From Methanobacteriota archaeon (GTDB taxonomy: Archaea > Thermoplasmatota > E2 > DHVEG-1), in NCBI GenBank assembly GCA_043806635.1, contig JAZDGT010000015.1, positions 964 to 64,963 on the forward strand: a stretch of DNA of 64,000 nucleotides. Direction: 5' to 3'. The translations under genes and the position numbers were made by a program. The notes beneath the pieces were generated by a model, which saw only the letters and a list, made by a program, of their open reading frames with translations, did no database searches and was not told the origin of the DNA. Shown one piece after another: positions 20,531 through 29,438 of this stretch; position 1 is the first letter of the stretch; every line of letters starts with the position of its first letter.

Positions 20531-21379
20531 GTGAAAAAAACCGCTCAAACAAAACTCCATCAGTTACAAAAACTTCTTCAAACCATGAAGAGTTGCGCGA
20601 TCGCTTACTCGGGAGGAGTCGACAGCACCTTTCTCATAAAAGTCGCTTATGACGTCCTCGGTGAAAACGCTCTCGCGATCACTGCGACGTCATCCACCTA
20701 CCCCCAACGAGAGTTCACCCAAGCGAAAAACCTCGCAAAAAATATAGGCATCACTCACCTCAGTATCCACTCAGAAGAACTCGCCCTCGACCAGTTTTCT
20801 CAAAACCCTCCAGATCGCTGTTACTACTGCAAAAAAGCATTGTTTACAAAAATCAAACACGTCGCCCATCAGCATCATCTCAGCTTCGTCCTTGATGGAT
20901 CAAACGCGGACGACACAGCAGATTATCGACCAGGGGCGCGTGCACGCGATGAACTCGGAATCATCAGCCCATTACAACAAGTTGGACTCACAAAACAGGA
21001 AATCAGAGACCTCTCACAACTGATGCATCTGAAAACCGCTGATAAACCACCTTTTGCCTGTCTCGCCTCACGCTTCCCCTACGGGGTAAAAATCACTAAA
21101 GAACGACTCATACAAGTTGAACAAGCAGAGACGCATCTCCTGAACCTTGGTGTACACCAATGCCGAGTCCGCTATCATAACGACACAGCACGAATCGAAG
21201 TAGAATCCCCTGAATTTCCCCTGATTCTCACCCATGCAGAAGAAATCGTGAAACGATTCAAACACCTAGGGTTCTCCTATGTCACCCTTGATATAGAAGG
21301 GTATCGAACCGGGAGTTTAAATGAGGTGCTTCATGAAGATAAAAAAAATGCTTCAAGACTACAAAAACGGAAAAATTAA
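20531..21379 (+). CDS. larE: LarE-like PP-loop ATP-dependent sulfur transferase (Ni-pincer cofactor biosynthesis)
   Basis: GTG start. PP-loop is AYSGGVDST. The candidate sacrificial-Cys region is PFACLASRFPYG. Confidence 0.8.
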   Translation: MKKTAQTKLHQLQKLLQTMKSCAIAYSGGVDSTFLIKVAYDVLGENALAITATSSTYPQREFTQAKNLAKNIGITHLSIHSEELALDQFSQNPPDRCYYCKKALFTKIKHVAHQHHLSFVLDGSNADDTADYRPGARARDELGIISPLQQVGLTKQEIRDLSQLMHLKTADKPPFACLASRFPYGVKITKERLIQVEQAETHLLNLGVHQCRVRYHNDTARIEVESPEFPLILTHAEEIVKRFKHLGFSYVTLDIEGYRTGSLNEVLHEDKKNASRLQKRKN

Positions 21380-22064
21380 TCTCTCAACCATGCTCGAGAA
21401 ACTCAGAGCATTACCGTACGAAGACCTAGGGTTCGCAAAAATCGATACCCATCGAGAGTTACGAAAAGGACTCCCTGAGACTATTTTTTGCCAGGGGAAA
21501 AACCTATCGCAGATCCATGCTATCCTCAAAAGAATACCAAATGATCAAAATATTCTTTTAACGAAAACAAAAAAAACAATGTATACATCCATAAAAAAAA
21601 TGTATCCGAATGCATCGTATAATGATGAAGCGAAAACCATTGTGATCATGCGACATCGACCTCGGAAAAAGAAAGGAACCGTACTCATTCTCACCGCAGG
21701 AACCTCGGATATCCCCGTCGCCGAGGAAGCCGTGGTCACCGCAGAACTCATGGGGAACCCTGTGGAGAAAGTCTATGATGTTGGTGTGGCTGGTGTGCAT
21801 CGACTCTTTGATATTAAAGACAAAATCTTCCAGGCGAACGTCATCATCGTTGTTGCTGGGATGGAGGGTGCCCTTGCAAGTATTGTCGGTGGACTCACCT
21901 CAAAACCGGTTATCGCCGTTCCCACAAGTGTCGGGTATGGCGCGAGTTTTAAAGGAGTTGCTCCATTGTTGACGATGATGAATTGTTGTGCTGAAGGTGT
22001 TGTTGTAGTGAATATCGATAACGGGTTTGGTGCCGGGTACTTCGCTGGTCTGATTAATAGGTGA
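21348..22064 (+). CDS. larB: LarB-like (PurE-related) pyridinium-3,5-biscarboxylic acid mononucleotide synthase
   Basis: Contains LTAGTSDIPVAEEA...VVAGMEGALASIVGGL...VIAVPTSVGYGASFKG. The start is taken at MLQDYKNG (alternative start at 21321). Confidence 0.8.
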   Translation: MLQDYKNGKINLSTMLEKLRALPYEDLGFAKIDTHRELRKGLPETIFCQGKNLSQIHAILKRIPNDQNILLTKTKKTMYTSIKKMYPNASYNDEAKTIVIMRHRPRKKKGTVLILTAGTSDIPVAEEAVVTAELMGNPVEKVYDVGVAGVHRLFDIKDKIFQANVIIVVAGMEGALASIVGGLTSKPVIAVPTSVGYGASFKGVAPLLTMMNCCAEGVVVVNIDNGFGAGYFAGLINR

Positions 22065-22067
22065 TTA

Positions 22068-22820
22068 TTGATGAAGCTCTTGTATTTTGATTGTTTCTCT
22101 GGGATCGCTGGTGATATGGTTCTTGGTGCTCTGATTGACGTAGGTGTTGACGCAAAATTTCTCTTGAAAGAATTGAAAAAACTCCCGGTATCCGGGTATC
22201 GAATTGAAATAAAAAAAGTAACAGAGAACCATATTAAAGCAACTGATGTGAATATTCTAGTGACGAAGGAACACGATCATCGTCATCTTCAAGATATTAT
22301 TAATCTGATCAAGTCAAGTAGGTTATCTACGAAGGTGAAAAAAGACAGTATCCGAATTTTTTATCATCTTGCTCAGGCTGAGGCCACTGTCCATGGGATT
22401 CCTATCTCCAAGGTTCATTTTCATGAGGTTGGTGCAGTGGATTCGATTCTTGATATCGTAGGATCAGTGATTGGAATCCATGCTCTTGCTGTTGATCGAA
22501 TCTATTGTTCTCCGCTTCCTCTTGGTCATGGATTCGTTACGTGTGCACATGGGGTTCTTCCGCTTCCTGCCCCGGCAACCGTTGAACTGTTAAAAGATAT
22601 CCCGGTCTATTCGGTTGAGCGGAATCAGGAATTAGTGACACCGACAGGCGCAGCGATTATTACCATGTTTGCATCTCATTTTGGTGAAATGCCTCTGATG
22701 AAAGTCCGTGCGATTGGATATGGATCTGGGAAAATACATAGTGAATATCCTAGTCTTTTACGTGTGTTTCTTGGAGAACCTCAACAAAGGAAGAAAAGAA
22801 AGAATATAGTTTCAAAATAA
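22068..22820 (+). CDS. larC: LarC-like nickel insertion protein, N-terminal (LarC1) region only
   Basis: Contains MKLLYFDCFSGIAGDMVLGALIDVG, a His-rich segment EHDHRH, and HFHEVGAVDSI. It ends after ...PSLLRVFLGE at 250 aa. Full-length LarC is about 400 aa. Confidence 0.75.
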   Translation: MMKLLYFDCFSGIAGDMVLGALIDVGVDAKFLLKELKKLPVSGYRIEIKKVTENHIKATDVNILVTKEHDHRHLQDIINLIKSSRLSTKVKKDSIRIFYHLAQAEATVHGIPISKVHFHEVGAVDSILDIVGSVIGIHALAVDRIYCSPLPLGHGFVTCAHGVLPLPAPATVELLKDIPVYSVERNQELVTPTGAAIITMFASHFGEMPLMKVRAIGYGSGKIHSEYPSLLRVFLGEPQQRKKRKNIVSK

Positions 22821-22853
22821 TATAGAGAGTAAAAAAAAAGAAGAAGGGGAGGT

Positions 22854-23150
22854 TTATTGTATGGTTTTTTCTGCCTTTTTTATTGAACGTTTATCGAGAG
22901 TAACCATTATCGCCCAAATGATGAAAATGACGCTTGTGATGGTTATTCCGAGTAGTATATCAGAGACGATGTTCTCTCCGATTAGGAAGAGTTCACCGTT
23001 CCAGAGATGGTCGACGACTCCGAAGAGCGCGCCTCCTGCTAAGAGTAGGCTAAGCCAGAGATGATGCACGTTGTGTTTCCAATTTGTTTTTGTTTTTCTT
23101 GATACATAATGAATTAATGCTGCTACAGTTGGTATTGCATAACAAACCAT
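22854..23150 (-). CDS. Small (98 aa) three-helix membrane protein with several His residues, unknown function
   Basis: Three hydrophobic segments. His residues sit at the predicted helix ends (IHY, HNVHH, VDHLW). Located between larC and nikR. Confidence 0.5.
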   Translation of the reverse strand: MVCYAIPTVAALIHYVSRKTKTNWKHNVHHLWLSLLLAGGALFGVVDHLWNGELFLIGENIVSDILLGITITSVIFIIWAIMVTLDKRSIKKAEKTIQ

Positions 23151-23232
23151 GTTGTATTACCTCCTTTTTTGTTCTTGGGACTAGAATTAAAAAATATGAT
23201 ATATACTTTGTGGTAGCAAAAATTTATAATTC

Positions 23233-23261
23233 GTGCCACGTTTACCTGTACTTCGTGGCAC
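23233..23261. promoter_or_regulatory. Perfect dyad GTGCCACG-N13-CGTGGCAC immediately upstream of the nikR ATG; candidate NikR operator
   Basis: The 8-bp arms at 23233-23240 and 23254-23261 are exact reverse complements. A TATA-like TTTATAA lies at about 23223-23229 and the start codon is at 23263. Confidence 0.45.
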
Positions 23262-23262
23262 T

Positions 23263-23673
23263 ATGGAAAAAATAATACGCTTCGGCGTCTCCATTGAACC
23301 TGAACTCCTAAAAAAATTTGATAAAAATATAAAGAAAAAAGGATACAAAAACCGTTCCGAAGCACTCCGTGATCTCATACGAGACCACATTATTCTCGAG
23401 GAAAATACCAATCTAGAAACAGAAGGATTAGGAACCTTAACCATGATCTACGATCACCAAACCGGCCCACTCACAAACCGACTCCTCGAACTACAACACG
23501 ATCATCACCAAGAAATCCTCACCACAACACATATCCACATCGACCATCATAACTGTCTAGAAGTACTCGTATTAAAAGGAAAAACAGGTGACATACAACA
23601 CCTTGCTGACTCTATCACGGCACTCAAAGGAATAAAACACGGAAAACTCGTACTCACCAGTACCACGCTATAA
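23263..23673 (+). CDS. nikR: Nickel-responsive regulator NikR (ribbon-helix-helix plus ACT-like metal domain)
   Basis: Starts MEKIIRFGVSIEPELLKKFD...GYKNRSEALRDLIR (RHH). The C-terminal part has HHQEILTTTHIHIDHHNCLEVLVLKG (His/Cys nickel site). Confidence 0.85.
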   Translation: MEKIIRFGVSIEPELLKKFDKNIKKKGYKNRSEALRDLIRDHIILEENTNLETEGLGTLTMIYDHQTGPLTNRLLELQHDHHQEILTTTHIHIDHHNCLEVLVLKGKTGDIQHLADSITALKGIKHGKLVLTSTTL

Positions 23674-23675
23674 AA

Positions 23676-23885
23676 TTATTTCGTCCCAATAGCCAGATTC
23701 AGATCTTTCACGAGTGCTTTAATATCAATTCCATGAACAGTAGCGATATCCTTCACTTTTTCAAACGATGCAGCAAGACACCCAATACACCCAACATTAT
23801 ACTTCATGAACACTAGGGCACTTTCAGGATATTTATCAATCACTTCTTTAATCGTCATCTCTTCAGTTATCTTATCTTTCGCCAT
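23676..23885 (-). CDS. DUF1858-like small redox protein (CxxC)
   Basis: Sequence MAKDKITEEMTIKEVIDKYPESALVFMKYNVGCIGCLAASFEKVKDIA resembles the ScdA_N/DUF1858 family. The start is taken at the second Met. Confidence 0.55.
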   Translation of the reverse strand: MAKDKITEEMTIKEVIDKYPESALVFMKYNVGCIGCLAASFEKVKDIATVHGIDIKALVKDLNLAIGTK

Positions 23886-24069
23886 AAGTTTTTCACCTTT
23901 TACTATGACCACCTCATAAGGACCGCTCATATAAGATTTATCATTCTCAATTGCCCAGATTAGAGACCAAAAACACCAGTTGTTCGATTTGTTCCAAATA
24001 AAATATATAAATTATGATAATAAGATCTTCTTAAGCAAGTTGAAAAAAAAATTGTGGGGATAAAAAAAC

Positions 24070-26772
24070 ATGAAAAAAAATGCGATATTCAACAAAGGAG
24101 TAGTAATTCTAGTAGGCACCCTATTTCTGATCACGAGCGTGATACCCGCGCTCGCGCTAAAAGAGAAACTACTGAACAACAATTTTAGTCCCAGGACCAT
24201 CATCATCGTTGATGATGAAGGTGATGGAAACTATCGAACAATTCATGACGCGATCGCAGCAGCACACATCGGAGATATTATCAACGTCTACAGCGGCAGC
24301 TATCAAGAACAAAATCTACTGATCCAAAAAAACATTTCTTTGATAGGTATTTCTCATGAGTATGGAACCGGAGACGATACCGGAAAACCAGTGGTCATCA
24401 ATGAGAACAGAATCTATTCAAAAGTGTTTATCATCGAATGGAATCAAGTCACCGTTTCAGGTTTCGAAATTACCATGGATAGAGAAGATGAAGATAACAC
24501 GACTGTTGCAATATTAATTTCTTCTTCGAATTCCGTGACCATCAGTAACAATTTGATAGAGGATCATTTCTATGGTGTTCATCTTGTTGATTCAAATACG
24601 TGTACAATAACAAACAATGAAATCTTGAATAATAGATACGGTCTCGTATTATCTGGATTAACAACTCTTGGCTCAAGTCATAACCAGATACTCAATAATT
24701 ATATTCATTCAAATAAACGCCGAGGTATCTATTTCGAAAAAGGAAATGACAATTTTATGCGAAATAATAATTTAACAAGTAACAAACTTAATTTTGGAGT
24801 CAGCGGAACCCTGAACCAGCATTTCATACACACGATTGACATCAGCAATTTTGTTGAATCAAAACCTATTCGCTATTTCGTCAATCAGCATGATATCCAG
24901 GTACCCACAGATGCGGGATATATCGGGTTAGTAAATTGCCGCAACATTCTAGTACAAGATGTAACCACATTCTCAAACCAAGAAGGACTCCTCCTAGTAA
25001 ACACGACTGATTCACAGATAATACACTTTACTACAACGTATAATATTAATGGAGTATCTCTCTTTGATTCAACACATAACACAATACGAAACAGTACGCT
25101 CACAGAAAATGAAAAAGGTATATATCTCGACTCATCTGATGATAACACCATTCAAGAAAACATGATTACCAACAACATGAATGGTATTACGATATTCGGC
25201 TCATCTAACACTCTCGTCACGAATAATAAACTCATAAGTAACAACTATGGTATCATAGGGAATGGAGAGAACAACGACATTACCGGAAACATCTTCAAAT
25301 TCAACGTCTTCGATATCTCCGAGTTTTCGAACAATATTTTTTCATCGAATGTGTTTTCTCATAACCTCCAAGGACGCATGATTGGTTTTGGAGAAGTCGA
25401 CCGGATGAAAACGTTGAATAATCAAATTGAACTCACATTTATCTTATTATCTCCTGACAGATCTCCCTATAACGGGGATAATTTTCAGATCACATCATCA
25501 CCAATCGAGTCAATGTTGATTCAACACGTTGAGAACAGAGTAACGGTTCATTTTAATGTTACCCAACTGGGAACATATTCTGTTCGGATCATGATGACTG
25601 ATACTGCTGAGAATACTGCAGAAAGAATCATCCTCTTTTTTGTTGAGGCATCTGGGGTGGAGACAACATCGTATTATTTACGTGCGGTTGAGCCGACCCA
25701 TGGTCAACCGTTAAACAAAGTAGGTACTGATGCGTATTCGTTCCTGTTCTCCCCACCACTCCAACCAGAATATGAACGGTGTGGTATGTGGGTGCAGAAC
25801 TCCCCAGATGAGTTACCTGCGCTGTATCCCTTATCTATTCTCCGTGATATCACGGTGTCATCCTGGTATAAATTTCATTCGGCTCCTGGGTTTATGGGGA
25901 TTGCGTTACAGCGGTACGTAACGTATAATCAGTACAATGGCCGACACATTAACATCACACTTGAACCACAGCTGTATTACACCTGGACCGTGGTGAATTT
26001 CACTGATATTAACTGGTCCATGGATTACGCGTGGAGCTGGTACTGGTGCTCGATAAAGCTTTCTGGTGGTGGCCCGTTTTGGAGGACGATACCCGAACAA
26101 CCATCAACAGCAGATTTTACCTATACGTATACAACAACTCCTACCATCGTATCGCTTTCTGATCCCCAAATTCTATTGTTATCAGCAACATCACCAGCTG
26201 ATAATCTCACGAGAGCAACGATAGCAGTTGAAGGAACGGGAACCGCTACACTTGTTGTTCAAATGCCTGATCCAACACTATATTATAAAGTGGTATTGGA
26301 TGGTGCTGAGGATCCTGAGAATTGTAGCTACACCCAAGATGAGGGAAGACTTGCTCTGAGGCTACGATTAACTGGTGAACATTCTATTGGTATTGAAAAA
26401 GTCGATAATCACCCACCGTTCATTCCGAATACTCCCGCTCCCCCAGATTTTGGACGAAACATTAATGTTTATAGTAATCTCAACTGGGAAGGCGGCGACC
26501 CTGACGAAAATGATATTGTCCGATACACCGTATATTTCAAAGCCCGGAGCGACCAATTCATGCCTGAGGACATGATTTCAGAGAATCAGACAGAAACCAC
26601 ATTTAATCTGAGTCGATATCTCCTGGATGGACATATGGATGGACGCACAAAATATTTTTGGCAGATAACAAGCTTGGATAGATATGGTGTTCGCAGTGTT
26701 GGGCCGATCTGGTGTTTCAAAACCGGAGAGGTCTATGAACAATACCCCGGGGAAGAACCAATATTCCCCTAA
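24070..26772 (+). CDS. Large secreted/surface protein with right-handed parallel beta-helix (NosD/PbH1-like) repeats and a C-terminal Fn3-like domain
   Basis: Has an N-terminal hydrophobic anchor. Many N-x-I/L-x-x-N repeats are present (ISNNLIEDHFYGVHLVDSNTCTITNNEILNNRYGL..., ITNNMNGITIFGSSNTLVTNNKLISNNYGI). The C-terminus has W..GGDPDENDIVRYTVYF...GPIWCFKT. Confidence 0.65.
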   Translation: MKKNAIFNKGVVILVGTLFLITSVIPALALKEKLLNNNFSPRTIIIVDDEGDGNYRTIHDAIAAAHIGDIINVYSGSYQEQNLLIQKNISLIGISHEYGTGDDTGKPVVINENRIYSKVFIIEWNQVTVSGFEITMDREDEDNTTVAILISSSNSVTISNNLIEDHFYGVHLVDSNTCTITNNEILNNRYGLVLSGLTTLGSSHNQILNNYIHSNKRRGIYFEKGNDNFMRNNNLTSNKLNFGVSGTLNQHFIHTIDISNFVESKPIRYFVNQHDIQVPTDAGYIGLVNCRNILVQDVTTFSNQEGLLLVNTTDSQIIHFTTTYNINGVSLFDSTHNTIRNSTLTENEKGIYLDSSDDNTIQENMITNNMNGITIFGSSNTLVTNNKLISNNYGIIGNGENNDITGNIFKFNVFDISEFSNNIFSSNVFSHNLQGRMIGFGEVDRMKTLNNQIELTFILLSPDRSPYNGDNFQITSSPIESMLIQHVENRVTVHFNVTQLGTYSVRIMMTDTAENTAERIILFFVEASGVETTSYYLRAVEPTHGQPLNKVGTDAYSFLFSPPLQPEYERCGMWVQNSPDELPALYPLSILRDITVSSWYKFHSAPGFMGIALQRYVTYNQYNGRHINITLEPQLYYTWTVVNFTDINWSMDYAWSWYWCSIKLSGGGPFWRTIPEQPSTADFTYTYTTTPTIVSLSDPQILLLSATSPADNLTRATIAVEGTGTATLVVQMPDPTLYYKVVLDGAEDPENCSYTQDEGRLALRLRLTGEHSIGIEKVDNHPPFIPNTPAPPDFGRNINVYSNLNWEGGDPDENDIVRYTVYFKARSDQFMPEDMISENQTETTFNLSRYLLDGHMDGRTKYFWQITSLDRYGVRSVGPIWCFKTGEVYEQYPGEEPIFP

Positions 26773-27057
26773 CCCACTTCGGTATTAGGAGAATAATCAG
26801 CCAGATATCCTAGTTCTCTCTCGTTTATTTCTTTTTTTTATTCATTTATCTAATTTCCAATGAAAAGTGAGGAGAACCGGACGGTTGGGATCCGAGGAGG
26901 AGAGGAGGAAGTCTCTCGAATAAAAAGGAGATCCGTCCGGTGCATCAATTCCAAGAATCAGAACATCGTTTGAACTATTTAAAGAAATATCGGGGTTCGG
27001 TGAAACTATTAAAAAGAATTATCATGTTTACGACTTCGATTTGGAGACGACCTTAGA

Positions 27058-27627
27058 ATGAATAGTGAGTATTATCCGTGGGGTGGTGAGTACACGATCT
27101 GCCAACCAAACGGTTGTATCGCTGTCGTCCTTCTCACTATCGAATATACGCCTCCAGACATTGTCGCAATATATGGACCACTAAAAACAGAGAATATAGG
27201 TATAGAAAAAATCGTAGCAAATGTGATTTCGAATCCGCATATCCGGTATCTTCTTCTCTGTGGTGAGGATATTCGTGGGCATCGATCAGGCACATCACTT
27301 GCCTCATTACATAAATATGGTATTGATGAACATCATCGTATCATTAATGCACCAGGTGCAATCCCCTATATTGAAAACTTAGAGAGAGACGCCTTGGATC
27401 GATTCCAGAAACAAATCGAACTTGTTAACCTGATTGGAATAACAGAGAAAAAAAAAATTGATACAGTGATCCATACATATCATGCAAAAGCACCTCCCGT
27501 ATTTGGGGAGCCTTTTATTGCCATCCGGATCAAACCTGAAGCGACTATTGATCTTCGTGATGCGCGAGCGTTACATTCAAGAATTGTGATGAATTATCTT
27601 GGGAAAGTTGAGAAGAGGCGGACGTAG
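27058..27627 (+). CDS. MtrA-like soluble corrinoid-binding protein (no membrane anchor)
   Basis: Sequence YGPLKTENIGIEKIVANVISNPHIRYLLLCGEDIRGHRSGTSLASLHKYGID...APGAIPYIENL matches the MtrA cobamide domain. There is no C-terminal hydrophobic helix. Confidence 0.7.
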   Translation: MNSEYYPWGGEYTICQPNGCIAVVLLTIEYTPPDIVAIYGPLKTENIGIEKIVANVISNPHIRYLLLCGEDIRGHRSGTSLASLHKYGIDEHHRIINAPGAIPYIENLERDALDRFQKQIELVNLIGITEKKKIDTVIHTYHAKAPPVFGEPFIAIRIKPEATIDLRDARALHSRIVMNYLGKVEKRRT

Positions 27628-28530
27628 ATGTTTTCTTTTACGAAAGAGCAGGTTGTACATGAAATATCGGGAGTATTTCTTGGTGGGCAGCCGGGTTTGT
27701 ATCCTACGGTTCTTTTTGGTGGCGTGTTTTTCAAGGGAGCTCCTGATTATGAGAAAGCGAAACATGATGTGCAAAGAATGTATCATCTGAGTGAGATGAC
27801 GGGGACGCCTGTTGTCCCAGATTTTTTTATCCGTAAGGAAGAATCAATTGAGGGCATTATTCGTTTTATCGAGAAAACTGTCCCGAAAAACCATCCGTTC
27901 TCTGTTGACATCATCGATCCTGTGATTAAGATGAAAACCTTGGAGTATTTATCTAAGAAGAATCTTCTTGCTCGTACGATTTATAACTCAATCCACATCG
28001 GTATTACTGCTGAGGAAAGGGACGTCCTGAAGGTATGTACTCCGGAGATGGCGATTATTGTCGCATTCAACCCGAAGGATTCCTCCCCTGACGGGAAAAT
28101 AGAGGTGCTGGAGAATGGGGCACATCTCCTTGATCAGGGGTTGTTGAAGCTTGCTGAGCAACTTGGTTTTTCGAAAACCCTTGTGGATACCGCAGCGCTT
28201 GCTCCCGGGGAAAATAGTGGAGCTGCAATAGCGGCCATCCCAGTAATTAAGGAGGAGTATGGTCTTCCTGCGGGGTGTGCGATTCATAACGTGGTGGAGA
28301 AATCACGTTGGCTTACGGATTTTTCTTCTGAGAAACGAACTGTTGATGCGGCCTCGAACTGTAGTATTCCGTTGTTTGGTGGTGATTTCGCGATTTTTGG
28401 TCCGGTTGAGAATGCTGAGGTGGTGATCCCAGTGATTGCCTGGCAGGATATCCTGGTTTCTGAATATACTGAGAACTATTTTGGTATCACACCAGTTGAG
28501 GGTCATCCTCGGAGGAAACTGTTGAAATGA
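27628..28530 (+). CDS. MtrH-like methyl-pterin:corrinoid methyltransferase
   Basis: The N-terminus MFSFTKEQVVHEISGVFLGGQPGLYPTVLFGGVFFKG is the characteristic MtrH start. 300 aa. Confidence 0.75.
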   Translation: MFSFTKEQVVHEISGVFLGGQPGLYPTVLFGGVFFKGAPDYEKAKHDVQRMYHLSEMTGTPVVPDFFIRKEESIEGIIRFIEKTVPKNHPFSVDIIDPVIKMKTLEYLSKKNLLARTIYNSIHIGITAEERDVLKVCTPEMAIIVAFNPKDSSPDGKIEVLENGAHLLDQGLLKLAEQLGFSKTLVDTAALAPGENSGAAIAAIPVIKEEYGLPAGCAIHNVVEKSRWLTDFSSEKRTVDAASNCSIPLFGGDFAIFGPVENAEVVIPVIAWQDILVSEYTENYFGITPVEGHPRRKLLK

Positions 28531-29438
28531 CCGTGAAAGACCGCATGAAAACGAGTGTGATTGGTTCGTATCCGGTATCGGTTGATTCTCTGGGGATTAT
28601 GAGTCGTTATTTCCAGATGCAGGAGTCGTCATGGGAGCGGTATATTCAGGTTGCTGTTCGTGATATGGTTTCTGCCGGGGTGTGTATGGTTTCTGATGGT
28701 CAGACGCGGGATCCGTTTATTCAGTTGTTCACAAGAAGGTTAGGGGGGTGTCGGGTGAGGGCTCGGACCGAGGTTATAGGTCCGGTGGAGTACTGTGGCC
28801 CTATTATTCTGAAGGATCAACAAGTAGTGAGACGGCTCCTTTCTGGGAAGGGCGAGCTTGTTGGTGTTCTCACTGGACCGTTTACGTTGATGAAATCATG
28901 TGTGGATATGTTTTATCATGATGAGCGGGAGCTTGCATTCGCGTTCGCTGACGTAGTGCGACAGGAGGCTTCTGAGTTGCAGCATCATGTTGATTGTGTG
29001 AGCATCGATGAACCTTTTTTTTCCACGGAAATGCCCGAGTATGGGAAAGAGTTGATCGACTGTATTTGTAAGAGTATTACTGTGTGTCCTACCCGTCTCC
29101 ATGTCTGTGGTGATGTCTCACAGATTGTTTCTGATCTGTTGGAGATGCCTGTGGATATTCTTGCTCATGAGTTTAAAGCATCCCCGCATCTTTTTGATGC
29201 GTTTTCTGAACATTCAGGGTTTCCTCAAAGTATTTGTCTGGGTTCGGTTCGCTCTGATTCTGATCGGGTAGAATCTGTAGAGGAGATCGTGTCTCATATT
29301 GAACATGGGTTGGATGTGTTCGGGGAAAAACTTATACAACTTTCTCCTGATTGTGGTCAACGGTTGTTGCCCCGGAAAGCCGCGTATCAGAAATTGAAGA
29401 ATCTTGTCCAGGCGGGTGAGCGAGTGTATGGGAGTTAA
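28527..29438 (+). CDS. Core (single-barrel) MetE-like methyltransferase / methionine synthase II family
   Basis: Contains SVIGSYPV, SDGQTRD, IDEPFF, HVCGD and SPDCG (zinc-ligand motifs of the cobalamin-independent MetE C-terminal barrel). 303 aa. Confidence 0.7.
   Translation: MTVKDRMKTSVIGSYPVSVDSLGIMSRYFQMQESSWERYIQVAVRDMVSAGVCMVSDGQTRDPFIQLFTRRLGGCRVRARTEVIGPVEYCGPIILKDQQVVRRLLSGKGELVGVLTGPFTLMKSCVDMFYHDERELAFAFADVVRQEASELQHHVDCVSIDEPFFSTEMPEYGKELIDCICKSITVCPTRLHVCGDVSQIVSDLLEMPVDILAHEFKASPHLFDAFSEHSGFPQSICLGSVRSDSDRVESVEEIVSHIEHGLDVFGEKLIQLSPDCGQRLLPRKAAYQKLKNLVQAGERVYGS

Noticed and set aside
26860-26973. 37-codon ORF (MKSEENRTVGIRGGEEEV...) spanning the inverted repeat upstream of the mtrA-like gene
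   Set aside because: It is very short, made of purine-repeat-derived residues, and has no recognisable family. The inverted repeat itself is the more likely signal.
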